Origin: Vicugna vicugna
Lineage: Eukaryota
Assembly: GCA_013265495.1 (NCBI GenBank)
Contig: MU058824.1
Span: 2,817,111-2,881,110 of the forward strand
Direction of reading: 5' to 3'
Length of the DNA: 64,000 bases
The translations under genes and the position numbers were made by a program. Shown one piece after another: positions 63,691 to 64,000 of this stretch. The notes beneath the pieces are model-generated. The model was not told where the DNA came from, did not search any database, and saw only the letters and a program-made list of their open reading frames with translations. The number at the start of each line of letters is the position of its first letter. The stretch's first letter is position 1.

Positions 63691-64000
63691 TCAAAGCTTG
63701 CTGTCATTTGGAATTAAGTATTTTTAAGTGGCCTTCTATACCTTGCAATATGTCTCTTTCCGAGAAAGACATTTAATTTTATTGGTCCCGGATTAGGATT
63801 TTTTGAATCACATGAAAGATACAGGATGATGGTGAGGGTTGGGGGTATTATACTTGTCTGACATGGGGAAATTCCACCTCCCTATTGGAATGTCTCAGGC
63901 CAAAAGGAAATAACTGCTGTCCTATTGGCCATAGTAGCAGCTTGAGAGGCGCCAGGAGGGACTGCTGCCCTACAGGGCCCTCACCTTCCTGGCACGGACT

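Noticed and set aside
63750..63772. STAT-like TTCCGAGAA within an imperfect hairpin
   Set aside because: Single short motif, expected by chance

Overview
Mammalian genomic DNA, almost certainly camelid (alpaca/llama/camel). The evidence is a tRNA-Ala-derived Vic-1-type SINE at ~45.0 kb and three related young L1 3' ends with intact target-site duplications (TSDs). The window is essentially non-coding. It is a mosaic of old L2, MIR, L1M, MaLR/ERVL LTR, hAT and CR1/L3 relics separated by short unique tracts. No host protein-coding exon or RNA gene can be supported; the only ORFs with recognisable homology are decayed L1 ORF1/ORF2 and CR1 RT fragments. The most notable element is a CpG island at ~62.6-63.3 kb containing an 11-unit ~28-bp minisatellite directly followed by a GC box and a perfect YY1 motif (candidate promoter). 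Other points of note are internally deleted L1 copies (one with an in-frame ORF1/ORF2 junction), a strong + strand bias of L1s, a strong CTCF motif in an LTR-like relic and a few TF-motif clusters. I found no evidence for a genuinely new biological system. Repeat family names come from recall of consensus sequences, not from a database search, and boundaries without TSDs are approximate.
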